A stretch of DNA of 64,000 nucleotides, taken from the IMG/VR virus record IMGVR_UViG_3300042887_002430, positions 1 to 64,000 of that record, one strand, 5' to 3'. Made by a program: the position numbers and the translations under genes. Position 1 is the first letter of the stretch. Each line of letters begins with the position of its first letter. This DNA is from a virus. The notes under the pieces were generated by a model. That model saw nothing but the letters and a program-made list of their open reading frames with translations, did no database searches and was not told where the DNA came from. This document shows, piece after piece, positions 18,700 to 28,778 of the stretch.

Positions 18700-19671
18700 T
18701 TATACGTTTGCAATTGTTGTACTTGTTGTAGTAGATGTTTCTACTGGTTCTACTATGAATGGGGTTGTCGGTTCATATTTTGGAATAATTATATTTGGGT
18801 AACATTCTTTGATAATACTTGGTGAGCATAATAATTCATTATTCTTAACCATGTTGTTACCATATGCTAAATCATCAATATGTATTATTTTATTATATAT
18901 TCTATCAATAGGGTCACTACTATTAGATAATAATATATATGACATAATTTTATTAAGATTGGCAGAATCAACAATTGTATTCAAACTGTATAAACTATCA
19001 GCAATATCGGTAGAAATTTTAATAGAATACACATGGTAAATATTACCATATATGTACACAATACCATCATTTTTCCATGCTGATGTAGTATCAAATGATA
19101 ATCGATAATTAAAATCATTTTCGGAAATACCACTTATTATTTTTATAGGTGGTAATGACGGATTATCATCATGAAAATGTGAATGAATAGCTACTGTTAA
19201 TATATTACCAACAGATATCTTAGAATAACTGTTTGATACTACCACATTATTACGGTCAACAATACGATTGGTAACAATACATTGTACCTTACCAGTACAG
19301 GCTGAAGAAAATTTAATTTTTATAGAATTCGGGTCAGAATATATTATGGTATAACCATTAGTTGTATCATCTAATGTTTTTACTAATTTATTATTACTAT
19401 CATATGTATATACAACAGCAGAAACGAAATCATTCAGATTATGCTTTAAAGTCCATATAGTTTGTTTTACATTTTGGGTAAAATTGTATATTTGTTTACG
19501 TTGAACCCAATCATCATTATAAGAATCATCTACTATCCCATTATTATTTTTTAGAATAGACATTTCCCCCCGACAATTTGCAGTAATAATACAACGATTA
19601 AAGATATCCAACTGTTTGGGATTCTTTTTAATATTTAATATTCTGTTACATTTATTGCATTGGTATTTCAT
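18700..19671 (-). CDS. Putative virion protein: N-terminal Zn ribbon, HNL domain, Thr-rich tail
   Basis: CNKC..CIITANCRG; WTLKHNL; ends ETSTTTSTT. Confidence 0.5.
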   Translation of the reverse strand: MKYQCNKCNRILNIKKNPKQLDIFNRCIITANCRGEMSILKNNNGIVDDSYNDDWVQRKQIYNFTQNVKQTIWTLKHNLNDFVSAVVYTYDSNNKLVKTLDDTTNGYTIIYSDPNSIKIKFSSACTGKVQCIVTNRIVDRNNVVVSNSYSKISVGNILTVAIHSHFHDDNPSLPPIKIISGISENDFNYRLSFDTTSAWKNDGIVYIYGNIYHVYSIKISTDIADSLYSLNTIVDSANLNKIMSYILLSNSSDPIDRIYNKIIHIDDLAYGNNMVKNNELLCSPSIIKECYPNIIIPKYEPTTPFIVEPVETSTTTSTTIANV

Positions 19672-19701
19672 GTATATACTCTATATATAATATAATGGTA
19701 T

Positions 19702-20100
19702 TTATAAAACCTTTACTGGTCTAACAGCCCATTTATGAGTTTTGACCGTAAGTTGTTTATGTCCATCACCTGTAATAACATTTGCATAATCTGCACTTTC
19801 TGTATTAGTCCAGTATACATCAGCATCAATAATATAATCTTCAAAATGTACAAATTCTGACTGGTGTTCAAGGATAAAATTCATTATCCTAACTTGTGGC
19901 ATTTGCCACATATCTCCCAAACTGTCACAATATTCTTTTGCATCATCCCATGATAATCTACTACGCTCCATAGATTGTTTAGAAAGAATAATACCATCAC
20001 CATAAAAATTACCAACATATAATCCACCATCTTGTTCTATAATATGGGTAGCCTTTATTAATTTTTCAGGATGGGTATGATAATTATATATATTTAACAT
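19702..20100 (-). CDS. DUF1566/C-type-lectin-like domain protein, late promoter
   Basis: SWDDAKEYC..L...WQMP, YWTNTE, AVRPVK; TATAAATA at 20130-20137. Confidence 0.65.
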   Translation of the reverse strand: MLNIYNYHTHPEKLIKATHIIEQDGGLYVGNFYGDGIILSKQSMERSRLSWDDAKEYCDSLGDMWQMPQVRIMNFILEHQSEFVHFEDYIIDADVYWTNTESADYANVITGDGHKQLTVKTHKWAVRPVKVL

Positions 20101-20136
20101 TTTTTAATCCAAATCATTATTGAAAAATATATTTAT

Positions 20137-20166
20137 AAAAAAAGCCCTGCATAGCAGGGCTTTTTT
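20137..20166. terminator. Rho-independent terminator after portal
   Basis: aaaaagccctgc-ata-gcagggcttttt. Confidence 0.8.
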
Positions 20167-20167
20167 G

Positions 20168-22873
20168 TTATCCGGCTGGGGGTGGGGGTGGTGCTCCTCC
20201 CGGTGCTCCTCCTGGTGCTCCTCCTGGTGCTCCTCCCATACCAGCTTCACCTCCCATACCCATATCGCCGCCCATTCCCATGTCTGGACCTGCACCCATA
20301 CCCATACCCATATCACCACCCATCATACCGCCACCCATCATACCACCATCTCCTGGTTGACCATATAATGTTTGTAATGTCTTATCAGCATTGATGGATA
20401 ATCCACGTTCTTCTTTCAACAATTGTTCATTCAACAACATATCAGCTTCTGATAATTGCAAATATCTTTGTAATACAAAACGTTTTGATAATGATTGTAA
20501 ACTATCAGCAGTACCAACCATGCTTAATAATGTATTATCAATTTCAGCTTGTTGATATTGTTTATAACTAGATGGTTTGGGTAATCTAATCTTATATAAT
20601 GCCGGGTCAATATTAATATTACAATGGAACAAGAACTGTTTAAATTCTTTATCTAAAGTATCTTCAATATATACTTGCAACCTTTCTATATATTTTGCAA
20701 ATTGTATTTCTTCAACAAATGCACTACCCATCTTACCATCATTAAACAATGCATTTTTTTCGCCGGGTTTCATATATGATAATGGTACACGTAATCCTCG
20801 TAATACTTTATCAGCAAAATAATCTAAATCAGATTGTTCCCCCAATTGAGAATTCTTTGTAAAAATACCACATGTTAATCCAAATGTATGATAATTATGA
20901 TATTTTTCATCTTGGTCGATAGTTAATGTACCAACATCCATGGTAGAATCTAATACGGTATACTCTTTAACTGTCAACCCATAAGCATGCCAACATTTAA
21001 ATACATGATTAATATCTTCATATCCTAAATGAACTGCCACATTATATAAATGTTGATATTCAATTTTATCTTTAATAACATCATTACAAATATCCATGTA
21101 TAAACATTTGAATTCATAATTATGCATAGAATTCAATACATCGATATATAATGTAGATAAGTTATCATGGTATTCAGAAGAATTATACACATCAGTCAAG
21201 ATATCCAACATATTGATATGGTCATCAGTGTAATCTATCAATATAGGATTATCAATATGATTGTAGTTATAATTAGAGATGATGTTATATAATACCTGTT
21301 TATTAAACAATCCTTTACCAATAATTTTAGTGAATTTATCATCAGAATATAATGAATCAAATACTTTATTAAATGGTAATCCTAAATTAAATAATTGTTT
21401 TACTACATCATAAACATATTCATCATATCGTTTTTTATTATCACGGATTGCATAATCTGAAGGTATTTTTGTATATTGTGTATCATCAATATCATAAAAA
21501 TCAACCACCGTTTCAATATCAATATAATTCTTTAAAACATGGTCAAATATTTGGGTATATTTGTCACCATTATTCCAATTATTTCCAATAATAACATCTC
21601 TTGATGTTAAATCACATGCCTGAACAAATCCTCTATTATGTACAGGGAATTTATGGTCAGGAGTACAAATTATTTTTTCATTATTACTCAATAATAATTC
21701 AACCACTCCTGCACTTTTATGCGTGATACCAGCCCATGATACGATACCAGGTTTTACTGTACCATTTCCAGGATTACAACTTACTACCCAATTTTCAACA
21801 CCATTTTCAAAATCAGTAATCAATTCTGATAAGGTTTTAGATTTACCAGATAATAAATCAATTTTGGTATCTAATGATAAGCAACCACTTTGAAGTACAT
21901 CTACTTTAGAACCAGCACCATCAGCACGTTGGGCAAGATATATATCCTCTAATTGTGATTGAGGATTATAAACACTATCCACACTGGCCTGCCCATTACC
22001 ATTCATAGATGGAATTTTTTTCTGTCTCATTTCATTTTTGACAGTCTCTAAATAGGCTTTGACACGATTAGGTGGCATTTTGCCTACATCAATATAGAAT
22101 ACCCTACGTTCTGGTGCTCTTTGAATTCTATAGATAATGATAGCATCTTCTAATAATTCTTTTTGTTTGTGAGTCTTATACACAGTTCTTAAAACTGATT
22201 CACCAAAAGGGGCACTATCTGACATATCATCATTAATAGAAAATACCACCATATCAGAGGCTAATACTATTTCTGTTTTAATATCTGTTACTGCTCGATA
22301 ATTAGTATTTGCAAATCCATTTGAATTAGCAGGTTCTTTAGAATTAATACGTAATTGATACCCAACAATATTGGTAATATCATGTGCATCTACCACAGCA
22401 CCAATAACATCGGCGGCTGGTACCCATTCCCATTTTTTATATGGTGATTTTTTTCTAAAAAAACAATCTCCATATTTTACAAGATTCCTACTTAATTTAA
22501 ATAATCTATTATCATTAAATCCATGTAGTTCACACCATCGGCGTAATGCTGCATTTAATGTGGTGATTAAAGTATCATCAACTTCTTGTGATTCCTCTTT
22601 AATCATATCTAAGTCTAAAGGAAGATTGGTTTTATTATTCTTACCAGTCATTTCTTCAGCAGTAATATCTAATGCTCTAGCAACCTCTACATCATTATCC
22701 ATTGCATTATATTCATTATATCGTGCTAATCTTGATGCACCACCCTGAATAACTCTATGATAAGAGGTATTACTAATAGCACCATAACTATTGTCTAATG
22801 ACTGATTGTCAGTAACCGTTACCACTGGTTGCGTAGGCGAAGCTATTTTATAAAAATCTGTAATTTTTGCCAT
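20168..22873 (-). CDS. Portal vertex protein (T4 gp20-like) with intein and Gly/Met/Pro tail
   Basis: LLEDAIIIYRIQRAPERRVFYIDVGKMP; DLDYF..KVLRGLRVP.SY; EIQFAKYIERLQ. Confidence 0.95.
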   Translation of the reverse strand: MAKITDFYKIASPTQPVVTVTDNQSLDNSYGAISNTSYHRVIQGGASRLARYNEYNAMDNDVEVARALDITAEEMTGKNNKTNLPLDLDMIKEESQEVDDTLITTLNAALRRWCELHGFNDNRLFKLSRNLVKYGDCFFRKKSPYKKWEWVPAADVIGAVVDAHDITNIVGYQLRINSKEPANSNGFANTNYRAVTDIKTEIVLASDMVVFSINDDMSDSAPFGESVLRTVYKTHKQKELLEDAIIIYRIQRAPERRVFYIDVGKMPPNRVKAYLETVKNEMRQKKIPSMNGNGQASVDSVYNPQSQLEDIYLAQRADGAGSKVDVLQSGCLSLDTKIDLLSGKSKTLSELITDFENGVENWVVSCNPGNGTVKPGIVSWAGITHKSAGVVELLLSNNEKIICTPDHKFPVHNRGFVQACDLTSRDVIIGNNWNNGDKYTQIFDHVLKNYIDIETVVDFYDIDDTQYTKIPSDYAIRDNKKRYDEYVYDVVKQLFNLGLPFNKVFDSLYSDDKFTKIIGKGLFNKQVLYNIISNYNYNHIDNPILIDYTDDHINMLDILTDVYNSSEYHDNLSTLYIDVLNSMHNYEFKCLYMDICNDVIKDKIEYQHLYNVAVHLGYEDINHVFKCWHAYGLTVKEYTVLDSTMDVGTLTIDQDEKYHNYHTFGLTCGIFTKNSQLGEQSDLDYFADKVLRGLRVPLSYMKPGEKNALFNDGKMGSAFVEEIQFAKYIERLQVYIEDTLDKEFKQFLFHCNINIDPALYKIRLPKPSSYKQYQQAEIDNTLLSMVGTADSLQSLSKRFVLQRYLQLSEADMLLNEQLLKEERGLSINADKTLQTLYGQPGDGGMMGGGMMGGDMGMGMGAGPDMGMGGDMGMGGEAGMGGAPGGAPGGAPGGAPPPPPAG
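20852..21883 (-). mobile_element. Intein in portal (344 aa)
   Basis: SG|CLSLDTKI...CTPDHKF...VGTLTID..YHTFGLTCGIFTKN|S. Confidence 0.88.
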
Positions 22874-22912
22874 AATATTTTAGTATGTAAAAAGGTTATT
22901 ATAACATATTAT

Positions 22913-23197
22913 TTAATATATTGCATAACTGGGTTTCTTCAATTCATGTTCTAACTTATTAGAAATGAAATCGCTGATTGCTCGTTTTTCAGGGATAGAT
23001 AAATGCAATAAATCATTATATTGTATACTACCCCTCATATAATATGTCAATTCAACTATTTCTTCTAACATTTGACTAGTCTCATGAGATAATCTACCGA
23101 CATATTGATTTATAGCACCTTTATCTTTGCTACTCATCAATCCAAAAAAAAAGTGAGAGGATTTAATGGTAATTCTAATTGCATCGGTTTCTTGCAA
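22913..23197 (-). CDS. gp51-like baseplate hub assembly protein (true start probably ~23137)
   Basis: YYMRGSIQYNDLLHLSIPEKR; follows gp26-like gene. Confidence 0.6.
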   Translation of the reverse strand: MQETDAIRITIKSSHFFFGLMSSKDKGAINQYVGRLSHETSQMLEEIVELTYYMRGSIQYNDLLHLSIPEKRAISDFISNKLEHELKKPSYAIY

Positions 23198-23922
23198 TCT
23201 TTACATACCACATTAGTAGCATTTTCAAACCCCCAATCATTACTAAGGCTTAATGCTTTTGAAATTTTTGTAAACCATGGAGCCGGGATTTCTTGTGTCC
23301 ATTCTAAAATACTTTCATAATCAGTAATACCATCAACAGATTTAATAACATTAACAGTAGCTACTAATAATTTTTCTTGCATTTCAGAACTAGTCATAGA
23401 TTCATAATCTTTTGCACTTTGCATTAATTCTAAATAATCTTTGAATTTGATGGGATGCAACATAACAATCTGTCCATTATCCATAGGAACAGTATATGAT
23501 TCTGTGATAATAGTCGGGTCAATATACTTGGTGGTTTTGATTAAATTAGATAAATCAATATCATATTTATGTGATACCGATTTCTCACCTTTACATTGAT
23601 GATTATGTGATACAGTAATAGTAGTACCGTAAGTAACCTGTCGTAATACTACTAATAATAAATCTACATCCTTACTGAATAATTCTTCAGGTTGTAGAAT
23701 ATCAGGAATACATCTTTTAAATACATTTGATACTGCTTTACCATTAATAATATCAGAAATATTTCTCATAGATATTTCCTCGAATGCACTCATTGCCTTT
23801 ACCTCTACCTCACCATTCGTTACGTGAGAAGCTAATACCCCCTCTCCATATAATAATCCTTGGCTAGGTAATCTACAAATAACCCCTGGTAGCTTTAAAT
23901 TCTGTAATAATACGTTTGTCAT
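23137..23922 (-). CDS. gp26-like baseplate hub subunit
   Basis: LPSQG, MSAFEE, DVDLLLVVLRQVTYG, CKDC, LPLNPLTFF; TATAAATA at 23961-23968. Confidence 0.8.
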   Translation of the reverse strand: MTNVLLQNLKLPGVICRLPSQGLLYGEGVLASHVTNGEVEVKAMSAFEEISMRNISDIINGKAVSNVFKRCIPDILQPEELFSKDVDLLLVVLRQVTYGTTITVSHNHQCKGEKSVSHKYDIDLSNLIKTTKYIDPTIITESYTVPMDNGQIVMLHPIKFKDYLELMQSAKDYESMTSSEMQEKLLVATVNVIKSVDGITDYESILEWTQEIPAPWFTKISKALSLSNDWGFENATNVVCKDCKKPMQLELPLNPLTFFLD

Positions 23923-23960
23923 CGGTTAATAGCCTATTAAAATATGATTTTAGACGGTGC

Positions 23961-23968
23961 TATTTATA
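23961..23968 (-). promoter_or_regulatory. T4-type late promoter TATAAATA
   Basis: Exact match upstream of gp26; also at 6214, 20130, 25268, 47145, 61920 (-) and 63701 (+); gp55 present. Confidence 0.8.
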
Positions 23969-24043
23969 TTAAAAAAAATACAATATGATAATTTTTAAAT
24001 AATAAAAAAGCCCCGCCATGCGGGGCTTCCCAAAGTTCATGAA

Positions 24044-24316
24044 TTATTCAGATACTTCTTCTGATTCTTCTTCAGGTTCTACATTTTCTGAAACTTCTTC
24101 TGTATCTGCATTTTCAGATGCTAAATATGCATCTACCAAACGTGTGATTTCCTCCAAGAAATGTTTACTTGCTGCACCGTTAATAACCAATTCGGTTTCA
24201 GCTTTTCTTGCACGGTCAATGGAGTCATCATATAACGATACGGTACGTTGAATGTTTGCAGGTAATTCTGAAACTACTAATTCACGGTCTTGAACGGTTA
24301 ATGTTTGTGTTGCCAT
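24044..24316 (-). CDS. Small acidic protein
   Basis: GAGG RBS, TTGACA-17-TATAAT promoter upstream, terminator downstream. Confidence 0.7.
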   Translation of the reverse strand: MATQTLTVQDRELVVSELPANIQRTVSLYDDSIDRARKAETELVINGAASKHFLEEITRLVDAYLASENADTEEVSENVEPEEESEEVSE

Positions 24317-24399
24317 TTTGTAGGAACCTCCTATGTTGTAAAGATTAAAATTATAATGATTAAAAACTAATTTGTCAACTATTTAAAATAATATATTAA

Positions 24400-25236
24400 T
24401 TATTTTTTATCAGTAATCTCCTCTTTAGAAATATTGTCAGATGTTAATAAATCATCAAAATCGGCAGTGGTAATGTCTGGTTTTTCTATTTTAGGTTGAG
24501 GACTAGTAGATAATTTGCCATGTAAATTACTAGGAACCCCTGTTTTACTAATATTCCCTAATTTAGTGTAAGCATAAAAATCTATGGTCGGGAACTTCTT
24601 GGCAATCCTTACTGCCATATCCATATACGATTCACTAAAATAGTCACCAACATCGTGCCACCGTAATGCCACGTTTGTACTCTGTTTATTGGCTATATTT
24701 AGTTTATTATGCAATTCTTTTACAATTTTATGTTCAAAACCATGAGGGTCATTTACCAAAAAATTAATCTTATTTGATAATGGTATAAACACTTGTGGGA
24801 ATTGTATATGACCATCCTGTTTAACATAACAATATGTTCTACATTTACCAGTACTAGCACAGGTATTAACAATAACCAATTCATCTGTTTTTTCATTAAC
24901 AATCAATCCAGTCATTGCCGGTAGACCAACATCAAATAATGTTGCACCAATAGTCTTAGAAACTTTAGAATTATGTTTTAGTAATTGTTTTGGTCTAACC
25001 TTCAACAAATGTTTAAGAGTAGAATAGTCATAATCTTCATCAAATTCATTTTTTATAATTATATTATCCGATAAATCTTCCATATCAGTAGGGATATCAT
25101 CCAATGCATTATCTTCAACCGGCACAATAGATTCATATAATTTTGCATGTACAAATTGTGACAAGCTCATTATTTTATAACCATGTAACGTATCATGACG
25201 TACTGGTTCTTGGTTAAATAATTCTGATAATAACAT
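24400..25236 (-). CDS. GP88-like Cys-motif protein with MLLSEL leader
   Basis: CASTGKCRTYCY, RWHDVGD, FYAYTK; late promoter 25268-25275. Confidence 0.65.
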   Translation of the reverse strand: MLLSELFNQEPVRHDTLHGYKIMSLSQFVHAKLYESIVPVEDNALDDIPTDMEDLSDNIIIKNEFDEDYDYSTLKHLLKVRPKQLLKHNSKVSKTIGATLFDVGLPAMTGLIVNEKTDELVIVNTCASTGKCRTYCYVKQDGHIQFPQVFIPLSNKINFLVNDPHGFEHKIVKELHNKLNIANKQSTNVALRWHDVGDYFSESYMDMAVRIAKKFPTIDFYAYTKLGNISKTGVPSNLHGKLSTSPQPKIEKPDITTADFDDLLTSDNISKEEITDKK

Positions 25237-25270
25237 AATATTCCTTTAAATATTGTTTAGGATTATATAT

Positions 25271-25501
25271 TTATACCAAATACTGATAATTATGACGAGA
25301 CATAGATGCAACATAATTACAGTCATTAATCATCCATGGTACATTAAGTGTTACATCACTATTAATTCTACGAATAACATCTTCACATTGCTTAATTTCT
25401 TCTACTTGTAACTTTAATATGGTTGCATTATATAAAGCATCCTGTAAGGCATAATTAGCAGCCATTATATTATTGGTGGTAATAATCATAATAATTCCCA
25501 A
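25271..25501 (-). CDS. Hypothetical protein
   Basis: ORF. Confidence 0.45.
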   Translation of the reverse strand: MGIIMIITTNNIMAANYALQDALYNATILKLQVEEIKQCEDVIRRINSDVTLNVPWMINDCNYVASMSRHNYQYLV

Positions 25502-25547
25502 AAAATAATATTTATAAAAAAGCCACCCATAAGGTGGCTTTTTATTT

Positions 25548-27134
25548 TTAAAATCTATGGAATCCTGACATCCACCATTTTGGAATTTTATGCTTCATAT
25601 TCTTAAATAAATGGTCAAAGGATTCATCAAGTATATAAGCTACTCCATGGTCTTCATGGTGCCTTACAATCCTCCCAGTGCCTTGCAAAATATCTTTTAA
25701 TGCATTGAGTAGGTACCAAGTATTAGATGCCTCCATGCGGCGTTTCACCCATTTATCACCAATAGATAAGTATGGCACTTTAGCAAAGATTACAAACCTA
25801 CTTAAATCATCAACCATATCTAATCCTTCCGTAACACTAGGGGATAATAATAAGGATGGTTTCTTATTATGGATAAAGGCATCAATAATATCATTTCTCT
25901 TATCACCAGAATTTGGATTATGATGGAATATATCATGTCCACAATCTTCCAAATTGTCAGCCAACCATGTAGAAATACTATAGTTACCAGTATGGATAAT
26001 ACCATTCTCATCATTATGTTCTTCTAAAATGGTTCTAATAGCATCCAACATTTCTTTTTTACCGGCAATATTCTTATCCCAACCGTAATTCATTTTCATG
26101 ATTGGTTTATATATTACTGGTCTGTTTTCAGGGTCAAAATCCGAATCTAATGATATAAAACATGATTCTTCTAATGGTATTCCTAAATTCTTACACATTT
26201 CTTCATGGTCGAAAATAGTAGCTGATAAGAATAAAAATTTATCTGCCATAGGTTGCACAAATTCTCTAAAAGTAGATGCACCAAAAACATACTTTATTTT
26301 AAGATTTTTATCATCACCAGTAATAATAAATTCTTTAGGTATATCTTCAACATCAATTTCTAAGAAATCCTGAATAATGTGTAAATGGTCTAATAAAAAG
26401 TTTATTTGTTTTAATATAGGAACATCAGATTTATTTACTGGTCGTTTATTAGAAATAATATCATCATGTTCATCCATTAAATCTGCTAATACTTTAACCA
26501 TCACCGGATTATAATCATTCTTAATCCAATCGTACATGACTTGCATATCATCAGAATACTTATATGTAATTTTATACTTATCACATGAATACTTAGATAT
26601 TGAAATGCTATTATGGTCGGTTAATATGGCTTCTAATGTATGACATTCATCTAATACCATAAGATTTCTTGGTGAAAATTTCTCAGTATACTTAAAGGTT
26701 GATAATGCTAATGAATAATTCAATACAGTAAAATTAGCATTTTTTGCATGTTCTGATTGTATAATACTAGGACATGATGAACACTTCGGCGATACTAACG
26801 AGCCTAAATCACATGTAGTACCTTTGGTACTACATTTATAATTAGATTTTCCATATAATGATACTAAACCATGGTCTTTTGCAAATTCTTTTGTATATTG
26901 TTCTTGTAGAATCTTTTGATGTGTCAGAATGTAGGCAGCCTTCTGATGATTAAATTGTGAAAAATAATTAGCAATAGTTAAGGCTAAATTAGATTTTCCA
27001 GTACCAGTAGGTAATTCACAAAAGAAATATTTCTTATGCATATTATCTTCAATAAACTGAAAGGTCTCAACCTGTTTCGGTCTAGGTGTTTTATTCTTAA
27101 AATTCCATGATTCTAAAATTGTTTGTTCAGTCAT
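25548..27134 (-). CDS. DinG/Rad3-like SF2 helicase
   Basis: PTGTGKS, DECH, LSAT, EGLD, QGTGRIVR..DHG..YILD; Cys cluster. Confidence 0.9.
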   Translation of the reverse strand: MTEQTILESWNFKNKTPRPKQVETFQFIEDNMHKKYFFCELPTGTGKSNLALTIANYFSQFNHQKAAYILTHQKILQEQYTKEFAKDHGLVSLYGKSNYKCSTKGTTCDLGSLVSPKCSSCPSIIQSEHAKNANFTVLNYSLALSTFKYTEKFSPRNLMVLDECHTLEAILTDHNSISISKYSCDKYKITYKYSDDMQVMYDWIKNDYNPVMVKVLADLMDEHDDIISNKRPVNKSDVPILKQINFLLDHLHIIQDFLEIDVEDIPKEFIITGDDKNLKIKYVFGASTFREFVQPMADKFLFLSATIFDHEEMCKNLGIPLEESCFISLDSDFDPENRPVIYKPIMKMNYGWDKNIAGKKEMLDAIRTILEEHNDENGIIHTGNYSISTWLADNLEDCGHDIFHHNPNSGDKRNDIIDAFIHNKKPSLLLSPSVTEGLDMVDDLSRFVIFAKVPYLSIGDKWVKRRMEASNTWYLLNALKDILQGTGRIVRHHEDHGVAYILDESFDHLFKNMKHKIPKWWMSGFHRF

Positions 27135-27170
27135 ATTGTTCTCTTATAATTAATTCTATTAATATTCATC

Positions 27171-27197
27171 AATGGTGACTGCGTGGCAGTCACCATT
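27171..27197. terminator. Perfect hairpin next to TnpB copy 2 left end
   Basis: aatggtgactgc-gtg-gcagtcaccatt. Confidence 0.65.
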
Positions 27198-27202
27198 ATA
27201 AT

Positions 27203-28588
27203 CATTGAAGGAGGCATGGATGCCGACGACCCCCAGGACGGTTGTGAAATGAAATGGAGCAGAGGACGCGAGGGCAATTTAATAATCATCGGCGGTTGTT
27301 TTTTGTATAAATAATAAATATAGTTTAATTATAAACAATGGATATTAATAAGTCAAATGAAAAAGATGGTATCATATAAATTAAGGGCATATCTGACAGA
27401 GCAGCAGGAACAAATGTTTCGTGTTGAGTCTGGTCATGCGCGATTTGTATGGAATCATTTATTATCGATGATGATTAAGGCATATGAAAGACGCAAAGAA
27501 TCTTTTGGATATGCTGGATTAAGTAGATATATCACTAAATTAAAAAAGACGAAAAAATATAATTGGTTAAATGATGCGACTGGTGCGGTTATCACACAAA
27601 AGATAATTGATTTGGATAAGGCATATGGTAATTTTTTCAAGAGGGGTGCAGGATATCCCAAGTATAAAAAGAAAACGAGTGAACAAAGAATTAGATATCA
27701 GTTAGACCAACGCATTATTGGAAAATATTTTATAGCTGGTGAATTATTAAGATTGACCAATATTGGTGTGATTGATGTGAAATGGCATCGGATTCCTAAA
27801 GGAATTCCTAAGATGGTGACATTAATAAAAGCCGCTAGTGGTGAATATTATGTTTCATTTTCATGTGAAGAAGAGATTGAAGAATTGCCAAAAACTGGCA
27901 AAGTAGTAGGAATAGATGTAGGCATTAAAGATGTAGTTGTCACAAGTGATGGTTATTTTTCTGGTGCCCCGAAGTTTTATTATCAATATCAGCGGGAATT
28001 GAAATTAGCCCAACGAGAATTGAGCCGAAAAACCAAAGGTTCAAATGGATATGAAAAACAAAGAGTTGTTGTAGCTAAGATTCATGCTAAGATAGCAAGA
28101 TGTAGAAAAGATTTTTTGCATAAGTTATCTCATAAGATAGTAAATGAATATGATTATATCTGCATAGAAGATTTGAATGTGAAAGGGATGGTAAAGAACC
28201 GAAAACTTTCAAAAGCTGTTTCTGATGTAGGTATGTATGAGCTAAAAAGACAACTGATATATAAGGCAGATTGGTACGCGAAAGAAATTAGAATAATTGA
28301 CAGATGGTTTCCGAGTACCAAAATGTGCAGTTCGTGTGGGATGCTTCATGATATGAAGTTATCTGACCGGACAATGAATTGCGATTGTGGCTTCTCTATG
28401 GATAGAGATTTAAATGCCGCAATTAATATAAAACAGGCCGGGATGGTCTGACGCGGAGCTATGTATCAACTGATTATTATCTAGCTGCATCGGATAATGG
28501 GTCAGATAGCGATGAAACGTAAAAGCAAAAAAAAATAATGATTTCCGTGCTGGATTAGGAAATCATTATTTTAAACCGCCGATTCCAC
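27203..28588 (+). mobile_element. TnpB-only element, copy 2 (inverted relative to copy 1)
   Basis: Same ends as copy 1. Confidence 0.9.
27357..28451 (+). CDS. tnpB: RNA-guided nuclease TnpB, catalytic residues intact
   Basis: D/E/D RuvC motifs; about 26 of 364 aa differ from copy 1 (manual count). Confidence 0.95.
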   Translation: MKKMVSYKLRAYLTEQQEQMFRVESGHARFVWNHLLSMMIKAYERRKESFGYAGLSRYITKLKKTKKYNWLNDATGAVITQKIIDLDKAYGNFFKRGAGYPKYKKKTSEQRIRYQLDQRIIGKYFIAGELLRLTNIGVIDVKWHRIPKGIPKMVTLIKAASGEYYVSFSCEEEIEELPKTGKVVGIDVGIKDVVVTSDGYFSGAPKFYYQYQRELKLAQRELSRKTKGSNGYEKQRVVVAKIHAKIARCRKDFLHKLSHKIVNEYDYICIEDLNVKGMVKNRKLSKAVSDVGMYELKRQLIYKADWYAKEIRIIDRWFPSTKMCSSCGMLHDMKLSDRTMNCDCGFSMDRDLNAAINIKQAGMV

Positions 28589-28604
28589 TCTTACGATTTA
28601 TATA
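28430..28604 (+). ncRNA. TnpB omega/reRNA copy 2; predicted guide TCTTACGATTTATATA...
   Basis: As copy 1; hairpin 28532-28572. Confidence 0.75.
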
Positions 28605-28778
28605 CTTCAATACTTCCATAATAACTAAAAATTCAAATACATTCCCAACTATACCAAAAAATAAACTACCGAAATATTGATATGGTTTATCCATTGTATA
28701 GGATAAAGAAATAGATATACTGGCGAAAGCCAAATATATAATAAATGAAAATCTATTTACATTCATGATAACCCCCAA
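28566..28778 (-). CDS. Small membrane protein whose last codons come from the TnpB right end
   Basis: Two hydrophobic segments; ...INRK|SGIGGLK read from the element. Confidence 0.55.
   Translation of the reverse strand: MGVIMNVNRFSFIIYLAFASISISLSYTMDKPYQYFGSLFFGIVGNVFEFLVIMEVLKYINRKSGIGGLK

Noticed and set aside
19702-20100. Complete diversity-generating retroelement
   Set aside because: No reverse transcriptase or template repeat seen in the window.
20104-20394. Trp/His-rich ORFs 20104, 20120, 20182
   Set aside because: Alternative-frame shadows of the portal's low-complexity tail.
14728-28451. Nuclease-dead TnpB regulators (TldR) or IStrons
   Set aside because: All three RuvC acidic residues are intact, and no group I intron core was recognised at the left end.
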